Shown one piece after another: positions 37,767 through 48,100 of a DNA stretch of 64,000 bases. The DNA lies in NCBI GenBank assembly GCA_963575745.1, contig CAUYUJ010000026.1, forward strand, positions 186,001-250,000. Reading direction: 5' to 3'. The translations under genes and the position numbers were made by a program. Numbering within the stretch: the stretch's first letter is position 1; each line of letters opens with the position of its first letter. This DNA is from Prorocentrum cordatum (taxonomy: Eukaryota). The notes under the pieces are model-generated. The model did no database searches and had not been told where the DNA came from. It was given only the letters and a program-made list of their open reading frames with translations.

Positions 37767-37987
37767 TTTGGAGTCCCGAAACGGTACGGTGACACACCGT
37801 GCGGTGACCTCGAAATCCCCCAAGACCTCACCGCACGGTCCGTCACCACACGGTTTTGGGACCCTGGAGGCCCCTGTCGCCCGAGACATCCTCGGAGAGG
37901 GACTCGAGTCCCAAGACCGTGCGGTGACCCCGAAGTCCCACCGACCCACCACACGGTGTGGTCACCACCCCGTTTGGGGGCCCCCAG
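37767..37987. mobile_element. MITE nested in pol, degenerate TIRs, 5-bp TSD GGGAT
   Basis: TTTGGAGTCCCGAAACGG.. and ..CCGTTTGGGGGCCCCCAG, with internal ACCGTGCGGTGAC palindromic repeats. GGGAT at 37762-37766 and 37988-37992. Confidence 0.7.
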
Positions 37988-38458
37988 GGGATCGACGTCG
38001 GCGGGGCGCTCGGGGCCGCAGCGACAACCAGCGGCGCGGCAAACGGAGCAGGGGCAGCGGCCATGGGGCGGGGCGGGCGCCTGAGGCGGTGGCTCGGTGG
38101 CGCAAACCGCGCGGGCAGGTGGGTCCGGCGGGGCGTCGGCGGCAGCCTCGGGAGAGTCCAAGGCTTCTGCGGGAGGCGGGCTCTCGGAAGCCACGCCGAT
38201 CGCCCCCGACCTCTTGGCAGGAGGAGGAGGAGGAGGAGGAGGAGGAGGAGGAGGAGGGCGGAGGAGGAGGAGAAGCTGCTCGCGCACAGCCAATCGAAGG
38301 TCGTGCTCTCGAGCAGCTGCGCTCCCAGGGGGGTCTCGGGCCTCGTCGCCCGGCGAGCCTGCTGAGCGGAGCATTTCTCAGTAGACGGGGTGGCTCTCAG
38401 ATGGCGAGCCACACGGTGCCCGGTCCATCGGCCGTTGGGAAGTGAGATCGATAGGAGT

Positions 38459-38652
38459 TCTTTAGATTCAGGCAAGTTTCTTGCATGGCGTTCGCCCGTT
38501 CTCCCTCCCCCACCCCTCGACCCTCTTCACACGAACACTAGCGTGCGGGAGCCTTTCGACTTGCTTGATTTCTGCACGTGCAAGTCGTTTACAGCTTGCT
38601 TCAGATTCAGGCCCCCCCCCGTCCGTGTAAGCAAACTTGCGGAGTCTAGAAA
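38459..38652. mobile_element. MITE nested in pol, ~30-bp imperfect TIRs
   Basis: TCTTTAGATTCAGGCAAGTTTCTTGCATGG versus the reverse complement of CCGTGTAAGCAAACTTGCGGAGTCTAGAAA. TSD not resolved. Confidence 0.6.
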
Positions 38653-38799
38653 AACAGGTTCTTGAAGGAGGTGGGTCGCCTGAACCCGTAAAGCCACTTG
38701 CCGGGAGCAATATGCGCTTGCTCACGTGACGGCGAGCAGCTGATGTTTCTGCGAGGCGTGACCTCGCGTCGAAGCCGGCAAGCGCACGCCGGGCGGCCT

Positions 38800-39770
38800 C
38801 TCTTATCCAGTGCTGTCAGGCGGAAGCCGCTGCGGCGGTGTCGTTGTCAGCGGCTCCCGGCTGCATTTCTTCTGAGCCAACGGGGTCCAGACCGTCGTCC
38901 GACAGGACGCTCCGCGGCATCCGCGGGTTCTCCCCGAACGCCAGCTGCGAGGGGCTGAAGCCACCACGATGGACGTTCCTGTTCTCAGGTGCCACCACTT
39001 CAGACAGGAGAAGATCGGTCTCTCAGGACGTCGGACTGCAGCCGATAGCAGCCCTGGACAGAACTTCCTTCAGCAGCCCTCCATGACGCTCGCACTTCCC
39101 ATTTTGGTGTGGCGAGTTAGCCGGAACGGTGTGAACGAAGACCCCAAGGTGCCCGCACCCACGAGCGAATGCCAATTCGAACTTCGAACCACCGTCGCAC
39201 ATGAGCATCTTTGGGATGCCGAAAGGTCGAACCCACCACCGCAGGAAAGCTCCCCAAACCGACGTGGACGTGCCATCTGGGAGCAGAGCGCACTGTTGGA
39301 AGCTCGTCCCTCGATCAATCACGTTTACACTGGCACGCTCTGGGCCTGGGTCTCCAGGTAAGAAGACTTCCTCAGGCAATCATCTCGTTGAAATGGTAGG
39401 AGTGCGGCAGATGGGCCTTCCGACGCCAGCTGGGCCACGAGTGCGCCTCGCACTGAGCTCACTGCCGCAGGCCATCGCCGCGACCCAGGCGTCGGGGCAG
39501 ACCTCGGCTCGGCGAGCCCTGGCGGCGCACCCTGGGGGTGGTGTGCTCGGGCTTTGCCTGAGCACTGCCGGTCGCACGACACGAGAAAGTCGGGCGGCTT
39601 GCTCATCAGGGCGGTCCGCCTGCGAGACGGTTTCGAGGGATCCTGGGCCACGTCCAGACCGAGTCCGCTCTGTGCGAAAGACAGCTTCGCCACCCCACCG
39701 AGGGACCTGATGGCTCGAGTGGACTCGATGTGCCACGAGCTGGCCGACACCGGCTGCTCCGGAGCAAACT
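38800..39770 (-). pseudogene. pol: Integrase remnant (HHCC and DDE core)
   Basis: NVIDRGTSFQ...WVRPFGIPKMLMCDGGSKF...SPHQNGKCERHGGLLK; GGFSPSQLAFGENPRMP. Confidence 0.9.
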
Positions 39771-42099
39771 ACCTGCGCTTGCCAACCTGGAACTCAGCGA
39801 TAGCACACGGGTGCATGTGCTTAGTTCCTCGCTCCTCGACCTCGGCCTGCCTCTTGGGATCCACCATTCCCCAGCTGGGGACCCAGGCTTGTGAGAAGGC
39901 CTTGCGCTCTAGGGACATGCGCTCCGGGAATAGCGACGAAAAGTGGAGCCTCCTCTTCCATGGTGTTGCAGAGTCGAATTTGGCCCTCAGGAGTCCCGAG
40001 GTCTACCCCCAGTAGGACATATAGGGCGCCGGCAACGTAGTAGCCGCGACGCCTCAGCTGGGCCGTCACATGGGGCTTGAGAAGATCTGTAGGGCCAAGG
40101 CCTCCTTTCTCTTCCCCTCCAGGTGCTTGGGCTCCGTCCGACGAAGGCCCTGGGGAGCCCGAAGTCCCTGACCGTCTCAGATCCGCACGGCTGCATCTTG
40201 TGCCCGATGAGGAACTGCGACCGGCGGTCTGGCAACCTCATCTTTAAGGCGGCTGCCGCGAAGCGGTCCTGCTCGATGAGGCCGAACCGATTGCCTTCCC
40301 GCTGCTTCGGCTTCCTCCTCTCCTAACTCTCGTTTCGCGCCTTCTCTCTGCTTCTGGTCCGGCTAGATGCTTCTTCACACCAGAACGTGACGCCTAACTC
40401 CCTGGCCTCGTACTCGCCGAAGCTTGCCGTAGCCTTCCGCGTGCCGATGGTACCCCAACAGCCCCGAGGCCCTGAGAGTGCCAACGCTGTCCTGGACTTC
40501 GAGGTATCGAGCACCCTCTGGAATCAAGGTGTCCGGGCCCTCCCTCCGCACGCATGCATCGCGAGGGCACCAAACACCTTAAGGCTGTCTGGAAGAGCCA
40601 ACCGAACTGGCTGCCATTCCATCTCCTCAGCGACCTATGTGGCGTTATTCTCGCGAGGTTACTGCCTGGGCGAGCCTCAGCCGCCAGCGCTCTGGGGCAG
40701 ACGTCGATCAGGCGCTGGACGGACCCGCGCCAGACTCCTGCACCTGTCGGAGGTGAATTGACCTCCTACCCTGACACGTCGATTAAGGAATTGGCCGTTT
40801 TCGATTCGCGAGAGGGCGTCGCGGCCTTCATTTTTGCGGGTCCAGGTCCGTCGGTTTTGGTCCCAGACCGTTTTCAGTAAGGGGAGGTTTACTAAAGGGA
40901 GGTTTGTCCACCGCCGAACCTGGGACTGCTGGCTGGCGATCTTCGTCACGTGCACCAGGCGCACCGCGTCGGCATCCGACATCAGCGGGCGACGCGAGCG
41001 CTGGGCGATCTGGCCCCCCTGCTGCGCCACGAGCCAACGTGCCCCTCGCTGCTTCAGCGCGCAGACTGGGCGGCCCGCTGCAGCCAAGTCCTGAGAGCTG
41101 GATTCGGTCTCCTCTGGGATCGCCCTCCTCGCCAGAGTGCCCTTCGGCTGCGGCGTCGGCGTCCGCGGATCGCCGCCTTCCTTGTCGTACTTCTTGATCG
41201 TCTCGTCGAGCTCGCGCTGGATCTGGCGCTTGGCCTCCTGGGAGATGTCTCCCGCTTCTTCAGCTTCATCTGCTCGCGTCACTCCGCCTCGTCCTTCTCG
41301 GCCTGAGCCTTCGGGCGAAAGGCGAGGCGCTCCCTGCCTTGCACGCATTCCGTCCAGTAGCTGTGCCGATTGCCGCTGGTCCGGCGGGCCCACGACGGAT
41401 GGAGGCAGTCCTCGGGGCTCGTGACCTGACCCTGGGCCTCCGGGCAGCGCGACACCGCGTCCATCATGCCCGCGCACTGGCGGCCGCACCAGAGGGCCTT
41501 GAGGCACAGGTGGCGCCAGCGGCGCTCGCTCATCTCCTCGTTTGCCAGCACTGTCGCCATCCGGTTATAGCCTCCTCCGGGCCGACGCCGATCTCCCGCG
41601 ATGGGTCCAGCAGCTCTCCCATCTGCTCGTCCTCCGGGTCGACTGCCGCCGTCTGAGCCCTGCGTCGAAGGGCGCAGATGCTCTGTCTGTCGGGCGCCTT
41701 CACCTTGGGCGGAGTGCCCAGCTGCTTCTCCGTGACCCGCATTCTGGTCTCAGGAGGAGTCGGGGACAGGCCCTTCACGAACCTTGCTGTCGACTCGGGT
41801 TGAGAGGGGCTGCACGCCAAGAGTGACCCGCTGTCCCCGAGACGACCTGCACGACGAGGAAGGGGGAAGAGAGAGAAAGAGGCTGAACTGGCACCCCGCG
41901 TGACTCTCCTGCTGCTGCTGTCGCCCCGATCCACTCGCGCAGCTGCACACCACCTGGGGCGGGCCGATCTCCGCGGCGAGCCCCATGGGCAGGCGGGCCG
42001 GCAGCAGCGGCGGGCACGGCTGCAGCAGCACCAGGAGCTCGACGATGCGACGGTGCCACACCCTGCGATCGACACCAGCACCCGGTCACGGCCGAGGGC

Positions 42100-42420
42100 G
42101 CTGCCTGGACGTCACCGAGCGTTTTCCACGAGTCGCACAGTGCCCATTCGCAAACGCTCGGAAAAAGACGTCTTCCTTCATGCAGTGGAGCGCAAGACCC
42201 CCGCGGCGGCTTCAGGCCATCTGCGAGCAGCTGCTCTGCGAGTGGGGGCACGCGCTTGTCGAGGACAGGCGACCAGTCGGTCCTGATCTTGTACCCGAGC
42301 TTCTGCATCTCATCTGTCATGAGCGGGAGGCCTGGCTTGCCTGTCAGCGCCCGTGCGGCCGCTGTGTCCACCAGGGCGTGAGCGCGCATGTTCTCCGTGG
42401 CAGGAGCGTCGGGGTGTCCT
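42100..42420 (-). pseudogene. pol: Aspartic protease remnant
   Basis: ALVDTAAARALTG catalytic motif and a downstream VPPLL-like motif. Confidence 0.7.
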
Positions 42421-42599
42421 CGGGCTCGGTTCACTTCTGGAAGATATCTGATTCCACTGCTGCACTAGCTGGGCTCGACGCTCCGTTCTCAAGATGTGTT
42501 CGTCGTTTTCGGTGGCCCCGGAGAATGCGGTGAAGCTGACCCGGGGCGCTGAGGTCGATGTGGGGTTCTCGAAGCAGAACGCAGTTCCCGTGCGATGTC

Positions 42600-44030
42600 G
42601 ACGTGCCTGGTCAGGCTGTCAGACGTAGACCGGTACGGACTGCGACATGACTCGGCCCAGTGGCCTTTCTTCAGGAGGGAAAAAACACACAGACACAATT
42701 AATCGTCGATTCCCCCAAAATATAGGAAAATATGGGGAGTGGGGGAAGACAAAAAAACCCAGATAATGTTAGAAAATATGGGGAATAGTGGGAATCGTGT
42801 CTACTTGTGTGTGTGTGTCCCAGGGCCCCTTCACTTCTCTCCGCAGTTCGCGCACTGGGAGCGCTTCTTCAGATCCGAACCAGTAAGTCGCTTGAAGCCT
42901 AGCTTCGCCCATTTCCCAATTCCCGTCAAAGAAGTCGCGCTCCACCCTCGTAATCATCTTCAGCTTGCGAGACTTCTTCCACGTCCTGCAACGTTCCTTG
43001 CCGTGGCAGTCCTCCACCACGGCAGCCAGGGCATCTATCGCCTCGTCTAGGTCTAGGTATTGGGCCTCGAGCGCCTCCAGGAGCGCCTCGGCCTCCTCCT
43101 CTGGTACCTCGACCTCGTGACCGAGGTCATCATCGAAGAAGGTCTTGATATGGTCGTCGCTGGTCTCGGTTGAAGCCTTGATCGGGGGCGGCGGGGCCGT
43201 GGGCAGGATCCTTTTTTCTGTCACGTCCATCTGGAGAAGAGCCTGCCGAACGCATGCGAAGTCTGTCTTGCCTGCGGTGAGGGCGCGCATGCTCTTGTTC
43301 TGGCTCGAGAGAGCGGACCCTTCTTCTAGACATTCGGCCTCCACCTCATCTGGGAGCATCAGTCCGAAGGTCTCGACCTCGCCTATCTGCGCGTCCCACC
43401 GAAAGGCGAAGTCGGTCAGAGTCTCTCCACGTCGTAGTATACTGTCGAGCAAGGCGTGGTTCTGAGCTTGAACGGACTGTCCCCTAGCCGATCTCCATTC
43501 ACGACCAAAAGATGACCCAGATGTTTCCTCGCTCCGTCTGCTACATCGGAGGAGCTCCTGATCACACGAAACTTGTGCTGGACCTCCACCGGCAACGATT
43601 CCACGACCTTGGAGGCTTGATGTTCGGGCTCGTGTCCCGTGCGTGATGCCCACTATGTCACTTTCTGTCGGTAGAGTTCTAGGTGTTCGAATCCTAGCCA
43701 GAGCGGTGGTGCTCCGAAGTCACGACTGCGATTGCCAAAGCCTCCATTCCAGTCCGCGCTGCCTGACCGCAAGTCGCCCCACGTTCCTTTCCACGAAGAC
43801 CACAATCTCTGAGCTTCCCATGTAAAGTCGCTGCTACTGTCGCCGTAGGGTTCTCCCTGGTCATTGATCTTCTGCCAAGGGTCGCCACTCTCGTGCCATG
43901 AATCCGTGGCTTGGCTGGTCGTGCCTGGCGTCTGCTGCTGTGTCGGAGTGCTTCCTTCTTCTCGATCTGCATTTCTCTTGCCGTCGCCGACACTTCCTCT
44001 GTCCTTACCCTCCTCGTCGCTCTCAATCAT
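42600..44030 (-). pseudogene. gag: gag with a CCHC zinc knuckle split by an insertion
   Basis: MIESDEE...PPLWLGFEHLELYRQKV...RRGETLTDFAFRWD...; CANCGEK[insert]GHWAESC restores CX2CX4HX4C. Confidence 0.85.
42671..42833. mobile_element. 163-bp element, copy 2, inserted in the gag zinc knuckle
   Basis: Homologous to 4218-4381. Flanks are TTTCT and CTTCT. Excision restores the CCHC motif in frame. Confidence 0.9.
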
Positions 44031-44044
44031 CGCTCCGCTCACCA
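44031..44044 (-). promoter_or_regulatory. Primer binding site TGGTGAGCGGAGCG
   Basis: TGG starts 3 nt after the 5' LTR end and directly precedes the ATG at 44030. The priming tRNA was not identified. Confidence 0.65.
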
Positions 44045-44047
44045 AGC

Positions 44048-44221
44048 TTTCTTCAGTCTCGGGAGGGCAGGTGTCAGGATTGGAAGTAGTTCTAGAGGAA
44101 AGGGGAGGGTAAGGCGGAGAGGTGACACAAAGAGAGCTATGCGCGCACCTCAGCCAACGGCCAAGCATAGAGAGAGCAGGGGAGGGACGACGACGAGGCG
44201 AAGACGAGGCGACCGGGGACA
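44048..44221 (-). repeat. 5' LTR
   Basis: Begins TGTCCCC on the minus strand and is followed by the PBS and the gag ATG. Confidence 0.9.
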
Positions 44222-45160
44222 CTTGGGCCCTCCAGGGCCGTCCTTGGGCGATGCTGGGGGCCTCGTGGGCCACGCTGCAACCTCGGAAGCCCCGGCGAGA
44301 ACGTGAGAATCCCCCCGAAAGGAGCAAGATTGCGAGGTCGGGATGGAATGTAAAAATAGTCAGGGCTGGAGGTTCTTGGCCATTTTCGGCCACGGGGTGC
44401 CCTCGCCGGGCCTCTGGACCGTCAAAAAACGATTCAGGACCAGAAACCGATCCCGGGGGAAGGGTCGGGACTTCCAGGGACGCCGTCATGAAAAAATCAG
44501 GACGTCGCATGTCCGGGCCCCCGATGCAACCTTGTCCAGCGGTCCGTTCTGGCCCCGCACGCGGGCCGAAAAACCGCCCTCCCAGCTCAATATGATCGCC
44601 CCCCCACGGGGACGTGGGGAGGGGCGGGTCGGGAAGGCCGCGGAGGGGAGCTCTGGCCAACGACTCCATGTAAGGCGCATCAGATGCATATAGCAAGCCT
44701 GCCAGCAGGTGTCCCCTGGAAGCTTCTCATCCCGTGATGGCTTCAGGGTCCCGATGCCCCGGCATTCCTTACAGCAGGATCTCTTAGCGCAGGTGTCTGC
44801 TGCAAAACTATGCCTCGCCCAGAGGCGCTTGTGAGACCCAATAGCCTCCTTGGAAACAGGAACTGATGCACGAGTAATTCGCGTCTGCGCGGATGAGCTT
44901 GGCCTCAGTCGTTTTGCACCCTGTCTGATGGCGCACTGCAAGTAGGGAACGCGCACCCTCTCAGACCCAGCAGCGCCTGTGACAGGCCGTGAAGGGCGAC
45001 GGCAGGTTTCACGAATCATCCAAGGCTTGGTTTCAGTCCCGGTTTCTCTCGTGTCTGGCGCCAGCTCCTCAAAGTGGAACGCCATCGGAAGCTTGATATA
45101 GTTAATGTTGTATAGTGAGGCTTCATTGAAGCAAGTTTCGGTTACGAAGCGGTTCCGCAG

Positions 45161-48100
45161 GCCACAACCAGCGCAACATCTACAACAACGGGCACGGCTA
45201 CAACGAGGTCTACATCAACAATCTCGGAAACTTCGGCCTCAGTCGAAATTACCACAACCGAAACCACTTCTTCGCTTATGTCGGTGACCACCGTCTCAGA
45301 GACTTCATCTGGCACAAAGACGTCGACTTCAGGGACATCAGGCACCACTGTCACAACCGTCACCTTTACAGCCACATCTACTGCCACCACTTTCACAGGG
45401 ACGTCATCCACAACATCTGGAACCACAGCCACAGTGAGCTCAACCACAACGGAATCTACCACTTCGGCCACCTCGACTTCCACGAAGACGGCGTCGACCA
45501 CCACGGAGACGGACACATCAAGCACAACAATGTCGACATCCGTCACGAGAACGACGACAGCCACAGGCACCACCGAGACAACGTCAGTCACTTCTATTTC
45601 GGTGACCACCCTGACGGAAACTTCGTCCAGAACGCTGACATCAATGTCACGGACGTCAAGCACGACCGACGTCACCCACACACATACATCATCATCCACG
45701 GCTACCACTTTTTTTATTTTTTTTTTTTTTTTTTTTTATTTTTTGTTTTCGTTATTGCCCCCTTGGGGGGTTAATTTTTTTTTATATCTTTTTTTTTTTT
45801 TTTATGTTTTTTTTTTGTTTTTTACTTTTTTTAATTTTTTAATTTTTTATTTTTCCAGTTATATAGTTCATTTTTTTTTTTGCCTTTTTCTTTCTTGACC
45901 ACTTCCACAGCAACGTCGTCCACAATGACTGGTACCACAGCCACAGTGAGCTCGACCACAACGCAATCTAGCACTTCGGCCACCTCGACCTCCACGAAGA
46001 CTGTGTCGACCACGACGGAGACGTCAACCTCTACTGGGAGCACCGCTACGGAGTCTTCGACCGACAGCCAGACTTCGACCACAGGCACGAGTAGCATGAC
46101 TGTGTCCACAATTTCTGAGTCGAGCACCACGTCGCAAACGAGCATTACAGCAACCAGCAGCACAACGGGGTCCACCACGACAGAGTCGAGCACCACGTCG
46201 CGGAGCAGCCTTACAGAAACCAGCAGCACCACGGCTTCGACAATTACGAAGTCGAGTACCTCGTCGCGGACCACCGTTACAGAATCGAGCAGCACAACGG
46301 TGTCCACCACTTCGGTTTCGAGTTCCATGTCGCGGACCAGTATCTCGGAAACAAGCAGTACCACGGTGTCCACCATTACGGCGTCGAGCACCTTTTCGCG
46401 AACCAGCAGTACCCAAACGAGCAGTACCACGCTGTTCACGACAACAATGTCGAGCACCACGTCCTGGACCACGACAACTGAAACGAGTAGCACCACGGGG
46501 TCCTCCACTTCGGAGTCGAGCACGACGTCGGGGACGAGCACGACGGAAACGAGCAGCACAACTGTATCCACAACTTCTGCGTCGAGCACGTTTTCGCTGA
46601 CCACCGTTACGGGAACGAGCAGCACCACAGGGTCCACAACTACAGATTCGAGTACCACGTCGCGGACCAGCGTTTCAGCAACCAGCAGTACCACGGGGTC
46701 GACTATGACGGAGTCGAGTACGTTATCATTGACCACCGTTACGAGAACGAGCAGTACCACGGGGTCCACCACTACGGGTTCGAGCACCACGTCGCGGACA
46801 AGTATTACGGAAACGAGCAGCACAACGGTGTCCACCATTACGGCGTCGAGCACTGCATCGTGGACCAGCAGTACGGGCACGAGCAGCGCCACGCAGTCCA
46901 CGACAACGATGTCAAGCACGACGTCGCGAACCAGCCTTACGGGCACGAGCAGTACCACTGGGTCAACGATTACGGAGTCTAGCACTGTTTCCAGGACCAG
47001 CACCACGGATTCGAGCAGCACCACGGGGTCCACGACAACGGAATCCAGCACATCGTCTGGGACCAGCATTACGGAGTCAAGTAGTGTCACAGGGTCCACG
47101 ACTACGAAGTCGAGCAGCATTACAGTATCCACTACCACGGGTTCGAGCACCACGTCGCGGACTAGCATGACGAGAACGAGCAGCACCACGGTGTCCACAA
47201 TTACGGAGTCGAGCACTAGTTCCCAGGTTAGCACCACGGACTCGAGCAGTACCACGAGGTCCACGACAACCGAATCTAGCACATCGTCTGGGACCAGCAC
47301 CACGCAAACGAGCAGCACTACTGCATCCACCATCACGGAATCGAGCACCATCTCGGGAACCAGCATTTCGGAAACGAGCAGCACCACGGGGTCCACCAAT
47401 ACCGGTACGAGCACCACGTCGCGGACCAGCACCACGGAAACGACCAGCACCTCAGTGTCAACCACTACCACGGGGTCCACCACCACGGAGTCGAGCACCT
47501 CTTCGCAGACTAGCTCTTCGGAAACGAGCAGTTCCACAATGTCCACAACTACGAAGACCAGCACGACGTCGCGGACCAGCACTTCAGAAACAAGCAGCAC
47601 CACCGGCTCCACAACTACAGAGTCGAGCACCACGTCGCGGACGAGCACTACTGGAACGAGCAGCACCACGGGGTCCACTATAACGGATTCGAGCACCATT
47701 TCGCGGACCAGCACCACAGTAACCAGCAGTACAACGGGCTCCACCTTTACAGATACTAGCAGTATCACAGGGTCCACCACTACGGAATCGAGTACCATTT
47801 CGCGGACGAGCACGACAGAAACGAGCAGCAACACAGTTTCCTCTACTACATGGTCCAGCACTACGTCGCAGACCAGCAGTTCGGGAACGAGCAGCACTAC
47901 GAGGTCCACCACAACTGGGTCGAGCACAATTTCGAGGACCAGCACCACAGGAACGAGCAGTACCACGGGTTCCACGACAACGGAGTCTAGCACGTCGTCC
48001 GGGACTAGCACAACGGATACGAGCACTACCACAGAATCCACCACATCGGAGTCGAGCAGCACCACGCGTTCCAGCATTACTGAAACGAGCAGCACCACGG

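Larger units (their letters stand above)
34929..44221 (-). mobile_element. Full-length decayed Copia-order (gag-PR-IN-RT-RH) LTR retrotransposon
   Basis: ~175-bp direct repeats at 34929-35104 and 44048-44221, outer termini TG..CA, CTTG on both flanks (34925-34928, 44222-44225), a TGG-initiated PBS and the domain order on the minus strand. Many frameshifts. Confidence 0.92.

Noticed and set aside
45708..45895. Poly-T patch read as an intron or TM segment (also 56506-56539, 16815-16910 and poly-C 17112-17192)
   Set aside because: The repeat resumes on both sides and no splice sites are present. It looks like low-quality sequence or gap filling.
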